Source of the DNA: Chitinophagales bacterium
GTDB taxonomy: Bacteria > Bacteroidota > Bacteroidia > Chitinophagales > CAIOSU01
Reading direction: 5' to 3'
Assembly: GCA_041748615.1 (NCBI GenBank)
Contig: JBGTCY010000015.1
Coordinates: 9,040 to 73,039 of the forward strand
DNA length: 64,000 bases
Every line of letters starts with the position of its first letter. The first letter of the stretch is position 1. The notes below the pieces were generated by a model that saw only the letters and a program-made list of their open reading frames with translations, made no database searches and was not told the DNA's origin. A program made the position numbers and the translations under genes. Shown here in pieces: positions 8,867-17,433 of this stretch.

Positions 8867-8921
8867 AAAGGGATTTATTTGATACTGAATTTAAAAATAT
8901 AATTATATCATTTACTTAATG

Positions 8922-9398
8922 TCACAAATGTTTTTTTACTAAAATCAATCCAAACATCATTAGAAAAGCTACCATATACAATAATGAAGATAATTGGAAG
9001 AGCTTTACCGTTCGCAGGTACTTTGACCTGATTTCTATCGGCTCTATATTTCTAAATTCCGGATTAGTAAACCAACCATATTTAAACAAGCTATCAGGCT
9101 TAAGTATCTTTCCATTTAGAAATAACCATTTCACCTTATGTTTTTCAAATAATTCTAATTTATTTTGTTTAATCAGCAACCCGAACTCATAGAAATTAAC
9201 CAGAAATAAAATACCTAAAGGGAAACTTGTTATAATCAAAAATACCGGACCATATCCTTGAATTTCATTTTCCCACAAAAACGTCCAAACAAGACCAATT
9301 AGGATTGATAAATAGAAATAGATAAATATGGTTCTCATGCAGTTAATATTTCTTATCGCTGACATGCTACGAAATCCATTAACGCTTGCAGCTAACAA
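8922..9398 (-). CDS. Hypothetical small membrane protein (AT-rich orphan ORF)
   Basis: About 3 predicted hydrophobic helices and no family recognised. The real start is probably an internal Met (9365 or 9338), because the 5' end of the ORF runs into the inverted repeat. A sample line has 17/60 GC, against 35/60 in adjacent paaA. Confidence 0.5.
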   Translation of the reverse strand: MLAASVNGFRSMSAIRNINCMRTIFIYFYLSILIGLVWTFLWENEIQGYGPVFLIITSFPLGILFLVNFYEFGLLIKQNKLELFEKHKVKWLFLNGKILKPDSLFKYGWFTNPEFRNIEPIEIRSKYLRTVKLFQLSSLLYMVAFLMMFGLILVKKHL

Positions 9399-9410
9399 CT
9401 AAAGGCTAAC
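9385..9410. repeat. Right arm of the 25-nt inverted repeat bounding the AT-rich cassette
   Basis: GCTTGCAGCTAACAACTAAAGGCTA is the reverse complement of 8841-8866 with 1 mismatch. Confidence 0.8.
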
Positions 9411-9412
9411 AG

Positions 9413-9994
9413 CTATCCCATCCCCACCCCATTCAAAATAAAATCGCTCATCTTTTCTCCCACCTCATGCGGGCGGACATTGCCGCTGAGGCGGTACCAC
9501 GCGTGAATATCATTGATTACCGAAAAAATCATCCGCACGGTGAAAGCCACATCGCCCATCCTGAAATCGCCTGTGGTAATGCCATCCATCATCACATCAT
9601 GAAAACCTTTTTCATAGCGCTCGCGCATCTCCACAAACCGTGTGAGTTCGGGTTCGGGCAGGTGGCGCCATTCGTTGAAAAACACGGCTGCCGCATCTAA
9701 ATTTTGGATAATCACGTTCACATGTCCGGCTATCAGTTCTTTCAACTTGTCCACCGGATGCGACATGCCGTTGAGGATGGGTTCCTGGAATTCAAAAAAC
9801 TCGTTGGCAATATGAAAACAGACGTGCGAGAGAATAGCCTCTTTCGAATCGAAGTGACTGTAAAGACTGGGCGGCTCGATGCCGACTTCTTTGGCAATAT
9901 CCCGCATGGAGGTGGCGTAGTAGCCATGCTCCCTGAAGAGATTCTGCGCCACTTCAATGATTTGTTCTTTGCGTTTAGATATAGTTGATGTCAT
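9413..9994 (-). CDS. TetR/AcrR family transcriptional regulator (candidate paa regulator)
   Basis: N-terminal TetR HTH (IIEVAQNLFREHGYYATSMRDIAKEVGIEPPSLYSHFDSKEAIL). Positioned at the head of the paa gene string. Confidence 0.88.
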   Translation of the reverse strand: MTSTISKRKEQIIEVAQNLFREHGYYATSMRDIAKEVGIEPPSLYSHFDSKEAILSHVCFHIANEFFEFQEPILNGMSHPVDKLKELIAGHVNVIIQNLDAAAVFFNEWRHLPEPELTRFVEMRERYEKGFHDVMMDGITTGDFRMGDVAFTVRMIFSVINDIHAWYRLSGNVRPHEVGEKMSDFILNGVGMG

Positions 9995-9997
9995 TAA

Positions 9998-10013
9998 CCT
10001 AACGGGTGTTAGG
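9998..10013. promoter_or_regulatory. Candidate TetR operator palindrome CCTAAC-N4-GTTAGG
   Basis: Perfect 6-bp inverted repeat 4 nt upstream of the TetR start codon. A third partial half-site (AGTTAGG) follows at 10017-10023. Confidence 0.3.
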
Positions 10014-10208
10014 CTAAGTTAGGAATAATCCTTAAAATGACAAACAAGGCAATTTTAGCGATTTATGAATGTTCAGTGTTTTAAAATCGCCAGCCTTAAT
10101 TTTCGATGGTGATTTGACGGCTGGCAGGGTTGGGATAGATTTGAATTATTGTTTGTTGTTTTGAATCCATGAAATAAATAGGTGGCTCTCCTGACTTCAG
10201 CGGTACAT

Positions 10209-10636
10209 TTATATCAAGAAAGAGAAAGGGTAAGGCATTTTCGATTGCTCCTGGATATTTTCCATTTCATCACACTCTATCAAAGCGCCTAATTTTTCGG
10301 GTTTATGGGAGACTAACACCCTTAATGTCTTATGCCGCCAATCAAAACTGGTCTGGATACTAATCCCTATTTCTTTAGCCATCTTCTCATCCCCTGTTTC
10401 ATGCATTGCAGGTAATGTTGCCATTTCTCTTTTTTCTGGATGTCCCATAATGGTTTACCGGTAGTTTCGCTGTACCATTTGCTACAATCCTTGCATAGAT
10501 ACATTTGAACACCTTTCTGTTTTCTTCGCTTGTAAATATTTGAACTGTTGCAATGAGGACACTCTTTTCTGTGCGAGGATTCGCCTATCTCTTTCTGCAC
10601 CTCGTTTAAAACAGGATTAGTTCCTTCGTTCATCAA
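10209..10636 (-). pseudogene. Frameshifted, 3'-truncated IS1595/IS1-like transposase N-terminal remnant (Zn-ribbon + HTH)
   Basis: ORF 10367-10636 carries CPHCNS...CKDCSKWYSETTG. The -1 frame ORF 10209-10448 continues with MAKEIGISIQTSFDWRHK...LIECDEME (compare VEVDETY in IS1595 transposases) and then stops. The DDE catalytic body is absent. Confidence 0.55.
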
Positions 10637-10816
10637 TAAAAGCGGAGATAAAACGGCTTGCGTTCGGCCAAAAACTGTTCGAGTATATTATGGTTTTACA
10701 TGTAGCGAAGCCAAATGATTACTCTGCTATCCTCTAAAAAATATTTTTGACTATGTGTTATGATTTTGTGAAATTTCATTATCTTTAGTGCTCCCATCTG
10801 ACTTCAAATTCACACA

Positions 10817-13800
10817 ATGTGTAGATATCTTTTTGTTTTTTTATGGATTGCTTTAATTGCAATCTCATCAAAGGTTTATGGCTCCCACGCGATGGGTACA
10901 GATATTACCTATGAATGTGTGGGACCTAATCAATACCGAATTACGCTTTCATTTTACCGCGACTGTTCGGGCATCCCTGCTCCCGCGTCAATGATTGTCA
11001 ATTATTTTGCTCCTTCCTGCGGGATAAGTCAGGGTTCTTACTCCGTCTCTTTAGCCAGTCAAACAACGATTGAAGTATCTCCGCTCTGTCCTGCTCAAAT
11101 TAACCAAAGCCGCTGCAACGGAGGCACGCTTCCGGGAGTTCAGCAAGTGATTTATTCGGGCATCATCACTTTACCGGCTCAATGTTCAGAATGGGTAGTC
11201 AGCTATGCGGAGTGTTGCAGAAACACAGCCAACAATATTCAGAATGCTCAGAGTTATGATTTATTCGCTTATGCAACCATCAATAACACCGGAGGGTTGT
11301 GTGACAACTCTCCCGTATTCACCACATTGCCGGTTCCCTTTGTTTGCGCCAATGTACCTTTCTACTATAATCATGGGGCTGTTGATATTGATGGTGATTC
11401 TTTAGTGTATGAATTGATTCAGCCTTTGGGAAGTTATACTAATCCTGTTCCTTACGCGGGTACATATGGAGTAAATAATCCGCTTTCCACTACTGCTGCC
11501 GGTGCGTTTGCTTTTGATTCATTGACAGGTCAAATGTCATTTACGCCTGATATTCAGCAGGTGGCGGTGATTACCATCAGGGTGCTGGCTTACCGAAACG
11601 GAGTTTTGGTCGGCAGCACGATGCGCGATATTCAAGTTGTTGTGTTGCCGACTAATCTCTGCGCCAATCAACCTCCGGATATTAGCCCGATTACCAATAT
11701 TTCCGGAGGCGGATTTATCAATGGCAGCACGATTCAGATGTGTCCGAATTCTCCATTAACTTTTGATGTGACCGTTACGGATGCAGGTGGGGATAATGTA
11801 AATATGTCATCGAATGCAACATCAGCGATTCCCGGTTCAACTTTTAGTGTCATGGGTTCAGGAGCAACCGTTACGGGAAGATTTACCTGGGTGCCAACGG
11901 TTGCAGACACCGGGTTTCATCCTTTCCAGATTACCTACTCTGATGACGGGTGTCCTGTTTCAACGCCACAAACTGTAACATTTGTAATTTATGTGTTTGA
12001 CAGGGTGGAGGCAGGTGGCGACCAGGTTTTTTGTGGGTTGCCGCTTCAACTGAATGCGATTGGGGGGTCTTTCTTTAACTGGACACCGATAGCGGGATTA
12101 TCCAACCCCAATATCAATAATCCTTTAGCTTCGCCTTCCGTTTCAACAATGTATTATGTCACCAGCGATTGCGGTGTTGACTCTGTTTTCGTAGATGTGC
12201 AGCCGCCTTACACCTTAAATGCCGGAAATGATACTTCCATTTGTTTAAATTCCTTAGTTCAATTAAATCCAACGGTCAGCCATCCGTCTTATGGTCCGTT
12301 CATTTACTTATGGTCACCGGGCACCGGTTTATCAGGCATTCAGATTGCTAACCCGATTGCCAGCCCGCCCGCAACCACAACTTATACCCTGACAGCAATT
12401 TCGGCTCAAGGTTGTATCAGAAGAGATACGATTACCATCAATATCGCAGGGGTGGCGCCCAATGTAACGGCATCAGCCGACCCTGTCACTGTTTGCCCGG
12501 GCGGATTTACTCAACTCAACCTGAGCACATCCCCAACCAGTTGCGGCATCAGCGCTTTTCCTTGTAATACTCCACCCGAAATTTTTACTGCAGGTACAGG
12601 AACCCTCATGACGGGAACAGGCACTCCCTACGAAGGATTCTGGCATGACGGCAGGGTGCAGTACCTCTACAGAGCATCAGAATTAAATGCATTGGGAATT
12701 TCAGGTGGTACGCTAACTCAAATTGCGTTTAACATCGGAGATAAAGCAAGTTCACAGCCGTATAATAATTTTACAATCAAAGTCGGCTGTACCAATTTGA
12801 ATGTGATAACCGGATTTGTAACCACGGGGATGAGCACAGTTTTTGGTCCGGCATCATACTTAACTACCTCCGGATGGAACACACATACTTTCACGAATCC
12901 TTATGACTGGGATGGAACATCAAATTTGCTTGTAGAAGTTTGTTTTGATAATAACAGTTTCACACAGGATGATGACGTTTACTACACAAACACTTCATTT
13001 CAATCTGTCGCATATACTTTTACGGACGGAGCTGTAGGCTGTAATTTAACTTCTTCCACCATTTCCAGTAACAGACCAAACACGAGATTCAGCGTATGTA
13101 AGCAAACTGTGAACAATGCAATCATTACCTGGAATCCATCAACAGGTTTGAACAACCCGGCTTCACCTAACCCTGTTGCGCAGGTTTTTGGCACAACTAC
13201 ATTTATTGCCAGCGTAAACCAGGGCGGATGTGAAGGACAGGGATTCGTTACAGTGAATGTGGACACCACCGTGCGTGTTGAAGCGTTTGGAGATACCAGC
13301 TTATGCCAGCAAATTCCGGTTCAGTTAAGCGCCAATGCTATCGGAACACCTTCGCCAATTCAATTAGCCTGTGGTATCAATGGCACGCCTGTATCAACAC
13401 CGATGATTTATAGTGTTGCCGGAGGTACCGGAGTTACTGCAAATCCAACGCCTTTTAGTGGAAATTTTCATGATGGAAGAATGCAAATATTATTCAGGAA
13501 AGCGGAACTCAACGCTACCGGAATGGAAAGAGGAATTATCACCAATCTGGCATTTGAAGTCGCTTTTAAAAACACTAACCTGCCCTTTAATGGATTTACG
13601 ATTAAAATGGGATGCACGGCATTAGATGTGTTAGACAATTCTTTTGCTCCAAATCTTGACATTGTTTTTAATCCAAAAAGTGTAAGTACTGTTGTGGGCT
13701 GGAACACGTTCAATTTTGATAATCCTTATGATTGGGATGGTTTTTCTAACCTCATTTTTGAAATTTGTTTTGACAACAATAATTTCATTCTGGATGATAT

Positions 13801-16228
13801 AATTTCATTTACTCCAACCGCATACCGTTCGGTAAATCATGCATCGGCAGACTGGACGGCAGGATGTATTCTCACGACTCCAACAGGTTCATCTAATCGT
13901 CCCAATGTGCGGTTAAGCGTGAGTCCTCCACCACCCGGAGTGTTTACTTACTCCTGGTCACCTGCAACCGGACTTTCAGACCTCAATAGTCAGTTCCCGA
14001 TTTCAAATGCCACCACGACCACAACTTATGTGGTGACTGTGACGGATGGAATCTGCATCGCTGCGGACAGCGTGACTATTAATTACTATACCGGCTATAA
14101 TGTGAATCTTTTTGGAAGCAATGTGGGCTGTGATGGTGCAGCGGACGGAAATATCGTTTCATTGCCCAATGGAGGCGTGGCTCCCTATGATTTTGAATGG
14201 AGCACGGGGAAGATTGTGAATGATGTTTTAAGTGATACGATATATAACCTTCCCCCCGGAGTTTATAGTGTAACATTAACCGACAACAACGGATGTAATG
14301 CTGACGGCAGTATTACGCTGACGGTTCCGCCACCGCTCAGCATCAGCATCGCACAAACCGATGTAAGTTGTGCGGGAGAGGCGGATGGAACAGCATTGGT
14401 CACAGGAACCGGTGGAACGATTCCCTACAATTATTTATGGAGCAATACCGATACTTCCCAACAAGTCACACAATTGATTGCCGGAAATTACCAGGTCATC
14501 CTCACTGATGCCAGTGGATGTTCCATTACTGACGGAATCACGATTATAGAACCGGCAGTTATCACCGCTGTCATTGATGTCACCAATGTATCCTGCTTTA
14601 AATATACTGATGGCAGCGCGACTGCAATCCCGGGCGGGGGGACTTCTCCTTTTACATTTTCATGGAGTGACAATGACAATCAGACACAGGCATCCGCGAA
14701 CAATCTTCCTGCCGGCAATTACTCAGTGACAATTACGGACAGCAGAAATTGCTTTATCACCGAACAAGCCATCATCACTGAGCCTGATAGTTTTGGAATT
14801 ATTGTATCAACGATTGATGTCAGTTGTTTTAACGGAACCGATGGCAGCGCAAGCGCATCAGTCATGGGTGACATCGTGAATTATATTTTTACCTGGAACA
14901 CCGCTCCTCCGAGAATTGGTGCAACTACTTCTGGATTGCCTGCCGGACAAATTGTATTATCTGTTGCCGATACTTCCGGTTGTATCATCAACTCAACGCT
15001 TACTATTGGCGAGCCGTCTCAAATTGTTTTATCATCTTCGGCAACGGACGCATTGTGTTTTGGCGCATCGGATGGAACTGCAACTGTCACTATTATTTCC
15101 GGTGGTACCGCGCCATTTCAATATGAATGGAGTAACCTGATGCCAGGGAACTCCATCACGGGATTAAGTGCCGCTGTTTATGATGTCACCGTAGAAGATG
15201 TGAACGGATGCATAGAAGTGGATACGGTTGAAGTAAATGAACCTGCCGCTCTTGCTATTGTCTCAACATCATTGGATGTATCCTGCAACGGTTTAAATGA
15301 CGGAAGCGCGCAAGTGGATGTAACGGGAGGAACTCCATCCTATTCCTATCAGTGGAATCTGCCGGGAGTTTCCGGGAATGCTGTCAGCGCTTTGCAATCC
15401 GGTGATTACAGCGTTACAATCACTGACCAAAATAATTGTGTTGATTCAACTTCTTTTACCATCATTGAGCCTTCGGCTATTGTCATCACCAATGTCGAAA
15501 TTACCCGTCCGTGCGCAGGAGCGTCAACCGGTGTAATCACATTGACAGCAAGTGGCGGCACTCCTGTTTATTATTATTCAATCAATGGAACAGATGCAGC
15601 GTCATCACCGCTTTTCACCGGACTGGAGGAAGGTACTTACAGGATTGAATTAACTGATGACAGGGGATGTGATGCGGACACCACAGTTTCTTTAATAGCG
15701 TTTGATACGGTTTCCGTTTCTTTTAACCCGGAATCAGTGCAGATAAATTTAGGACAGGAAACACAGCTTGACCCGATTATCAGTCCGGCAAATCAAGTTT
15801 ACAGTTTTTCATGGGAACCGGCTACCGGATTAAGTTGTACGGATTGTCCCAACCCGATAGCTTCTCCTGTCATCACCACGCCCTATGAATTGACGGTTTT
15901 TGATGAAAATAATTGTCCATTCTCAGAGAAAGTGATAGTTGAAGTTGCGAATGATTTGATTGTTTTAGTGCCAAACGCATTTTCTCCAAACGGTGATGGC
16001 GTGAATGACTTTTTGTATGTTTATGGAGTTTCTATCGCATCAGTAAATTTCAGGATTTTCAACCGTTGGGGAGAAAAGGTTTTTGAAACAAACAATCCGG
16101 GCGAGGGATGGGATGGTACGTATCGCGGAAAAAAATTAGCTTCTGACGTGTATGTTTACTATGTTGAAGCTATATTTGAAGACGGACAGGAAAAACAAAT
16201 CAAAGGCAGTGTAACAATTTATAAATAA
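10817..16228 (+). CDS. Giant cell-surface adhesin, T9SS type-B (gliding-motility-associated) C-terminal sorting domain protein
   Basis: Signal peptide, then a Cys-rich N-terminal domain. About 10 SprB-type repeats (C.G..DG.A.....GG..PY.Y.W) at roughly 14090-15740. C-terminal LVPNAFSPNGDGVNDFLYV...FRIFNRWGEKVFE...GWDGTYRGK...DVYVYYVEA matches the type-B CTD pattern. Confidence 0.9.
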   Translation: MCRYLFVFLWIALIAISSKVYGSHAMGTDITYECVGPNQYRITLSFYRDCSGIPAPASMIVNYFAPSCGISQGSYSVSLASQTTIEVSPLCPAQINQSRCNGGTLPGVQQVIYSGIITLPAQCSEWVVSYAECCRNTANNIQNAQSYDLFAYATINNTGGLCDNSPVFTTLPVPFVCANVPFYYNHGAVDIDGDSLVYELIQPLGSYTNPVPYAGTYGVNNPLSTTAAGAFAFDSLTGQMSFTPDIQQVAVITIRVLAYRNGVLVGSTMRDIQVVVLPTNLCANQPPDISPITNISGGGFINGSTIQMCPNSPLTFDVTVTDAGGDNVNMSSNATSAIPGSTFSVMGSGATVTGRFTWVPTVADTGFHPFQITYSDDGCPVSTPQTVTFVIYVFDRVEAGGDQVFCGLPLQLNAIGGSFFNWTPIAGLSNPNINNPLASPSVSTMYYVTSDCGVDSVFVDVQPPYTLNAGNDTSICLNSLVQLNPTVSHPSYGPFIYLWSPGTGLSGIQIANPIASPPATTTYTLTAISAQGCIRRDTITINIAGVAPNVTASADPVTVCPGGFTQLNLSTSPTSCGISAFPCNTPPEIFTAGTGTLMTGTGTPYEGFWHDGRVQYLYRASELNALGISGGTLTQIAFNIGDKASSQPYNNFTIKVGCTNLNVITGFVTTGMSTVFGPASYLTTSGWNTHTFTNPYDWDGTSNLLVEVCFDNNSFTQDDDVYYTNTSFQSVAYTFTDGAVGCNLTSSTISSNRPNTRFSVCKQTVNNAIITWNPSTGLNNPASPNPVAQVFGTTTFIASVNQGGCEGQGFVTVNVDTTVRVEAFGDTSLCQQIPVQLSANAIGTPSPIQLACGINGTPVSTPMIYSVAGGTGVTANPTPFSGNFHDGRMQILFRKAELNATGMERGIITNLAFEVAFKNTNLPFNGFTIKMGCTALDVLDNSFAPNLDIVFNPKSVSTVVGWNTFNFDNPYDWDGFSNLIFEICFDNNNFILDDIISFTPTAYRSVNHASADWTAGCILTTPTGSSNRPNVRLSVSPPPPGVFTYSWSPATGLSDLNSQFPISNATTTTTYVVTVTDGICIAADSVTINYYTGYNVNLFGSNVGCDGAADGNIVSLPNGGVAPYDFEWSTGKIVNDVLSDTIYNLPPGVYSVTLTDNNGCNADGSITLTVPPPLSISIAQTDVSCAGEADGTALVTGTGGTIPYNYLWSNTDTSQQVTQLIAGNYQVILTDASGCSITDGITIIEPAVITAVIDVTNVSCFKYTDGSATAIPGGGTSPFTFSWSDNDNQTQASANNLPAGNYSVTITDSRNCFITEQAIITEPDSFGIIVSTIDVSCFNGTDGSASASVMGDIVNYIFTWNTAPPRIGATTSGLPAGQIVLSVADTSGCIINSTLTIGEPSQIVLSSSATDALCFGASDGTATVTIISGGTAPFQYEWSNLMPGNSITGLSAAVYDVTVEDVNGCIEVDTVEVNEPAALAIVSTSLDVSCNGLNDGSAQVDVTGGTPSYSYQWNLPGVSGNAVSALQSGDYSVTITDQNNCVDSTSFTIIEPSAIVITNVEITRPCAGASTGVITLTASGGTPVYYYSINGTDAASSPLFTGLEEGTYRIELTDDRGCDADTTVSLIAFDTVSVSFNPESVQINLGQETQLDPIISPANQVYSFSWEPATGLSCTDCPNPIASPVITTPYELTVFDENNCPFSEKVIVEVANDLIVLVPNAFSPNGDGVNDFLYVYGVSIASVNFRIFNRWGEKVFETNNPGEGWDGTYRGKKLASDVYVYYVEAIFEDGQEKQIKGSVTIYK

Positions 16229-16255
16229 GCGAAAAAACCCTTTATATTTGGTATC

Positions 16256-17317
16256 ATGAAAACACAAATGAAAACAGCACTCATCCTCGCTCTTGCCGTG
16301 ATGCTCAGTTTTGGTGCATCCGCTCAGGACCCTCACTTCTCCCAGTACAATGCAAGTCCGTTGAATATCAACCCTGCGATGACAGGAGTATTCAGCGGTA
16401 ACTATCGCCTCACCGCGATTTACCGAAGCCAGTGGGGAAGTATTTTGAAAAACGAATCAGTTCCGATGTTCAGGACTTTTTCGGCTTCCTTTGATTTACG
16501 TCTTCCGGTGCCCAGCAGCAAGCATGATGCTTTTGGCGTGGGCATAACCTTCATGAATGACAAAGCCGGAGAATCTGAATTTGGCACCAACAATGTCGCG
16601 CTTTCCTTTTCATATTTGAAAGCCGTTGATAATGAAGGAAAACATTTTTTGAATGCCGGATTTCAGGCGGGTATCGGATACAGAAGTATCAACTATGCCA
16701 ACCTGCGCTTCGGCAGCCAGTTTGACGGCACAGGTTTCAATCCCAATATTGTGAGCGGTGAAACTTTCGGTAATGACAATTTCACATTCTTTGATTTGGG
16801 AGCCGGATTATTCTGGTATTCATTTCCAAAGAAAAGAACCAACTATTGGGCTGGTGTCGCGGTCGCTCATCTGAATCGTCCGAATCAATCATTTTTTGAA
16901 GGAGCGGATGCCAATTTATTTATGAGAATCAGCGGTACTGCCGGTTTGCAAGTTCCCATCGGCAGCAATCTTGACCTCTTACCCAGTTTATTGATTCTGA
17001 GTCAGGGACCTGCTTTTGAAACCCAAATCGGAACGTACGTTAAAATTTTATTTGAACCCAACTCAGCCGATGGCAACGCGTTCTATATTGGACCCTCTTA
17101 CAGAATTGTTCGCGGAGAAGACAGAGCGATTGCCAGTGACGCTTTGATACTTGGAACCCGTTTCGACTATTCCAGTTTCAGCTTTGGATTTGCTTACGAC
17201 CTTAACTTTTCCGAACTGACTGCCGCTACCAACTCAAGAGGCGCGTTTGAGGTATCCGCGATTCATGTCGGAGCTTTCAAAAAGAAATCTAATGTAAAAT
17301 ATTGTCCTCGTTTTTAA
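16256..17317 (+). CDS. PorP/SprF family type IX secretion system membrane protein
   Basis: Signal peptide then the family signature QDPHFSQYNASPLNINPAMTG...YRSQW. C-terminal ...NSRGAFEVS...CPRF. Lies immediately downstream of the type-B cargo. Confidence 0.88.
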   Translation: MKTQMKTALILALAVMLSFGASAQDPHFSQYNASPLNINPAMTGVFSGNYRLTAIYRSQWGSILKNESVPMFRTFSASFDLRLPVPSSKHDAFGVGITFMNDKAGESEFGTNNVALSFSYLKAVDNEGKHFLNAGFQAGIGYRSINYANLRFGSQFDGTGFNPNIVSGETFGNDNFTFFDLGAGLFWYSFPKKRTNYWAGVAVAHLNRPNQSFFEGADANLFMRISGTAGLQVPIGSNLDLLPSLLILSQGPAFETQIGTYVKILFEPNSADGNAFYIGPSYRIVRGEDRAIASDALILGTRFDYSSFSFGFAYDLNFSELTAATNSRGAFEVSAIHVGAFKKKSNVKYCPRF

Positions 17318-17340
17318 GCCGGGATTTTTAAATTCCTTCA

Positions 17341-17377
17341 AAGGGCGGTTGAATAAAAAATCAACCGCCCTTTTTTT
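17341..17377 (+). terminator. Rho-independent terminator between the two PorP/SprF genes
   Basis: AAGGGCGGTTGA (17341-17352) pairs with TCAACCGCCCTT (17361-17372), followed by a T-run. Confidence 0.8.
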
Positions 17378-17433
17378 ATCTCCCGGAAATTTTCGTGTAT
17401 AAAATTTCTTACTTTTATACCATTCCATTCGAC

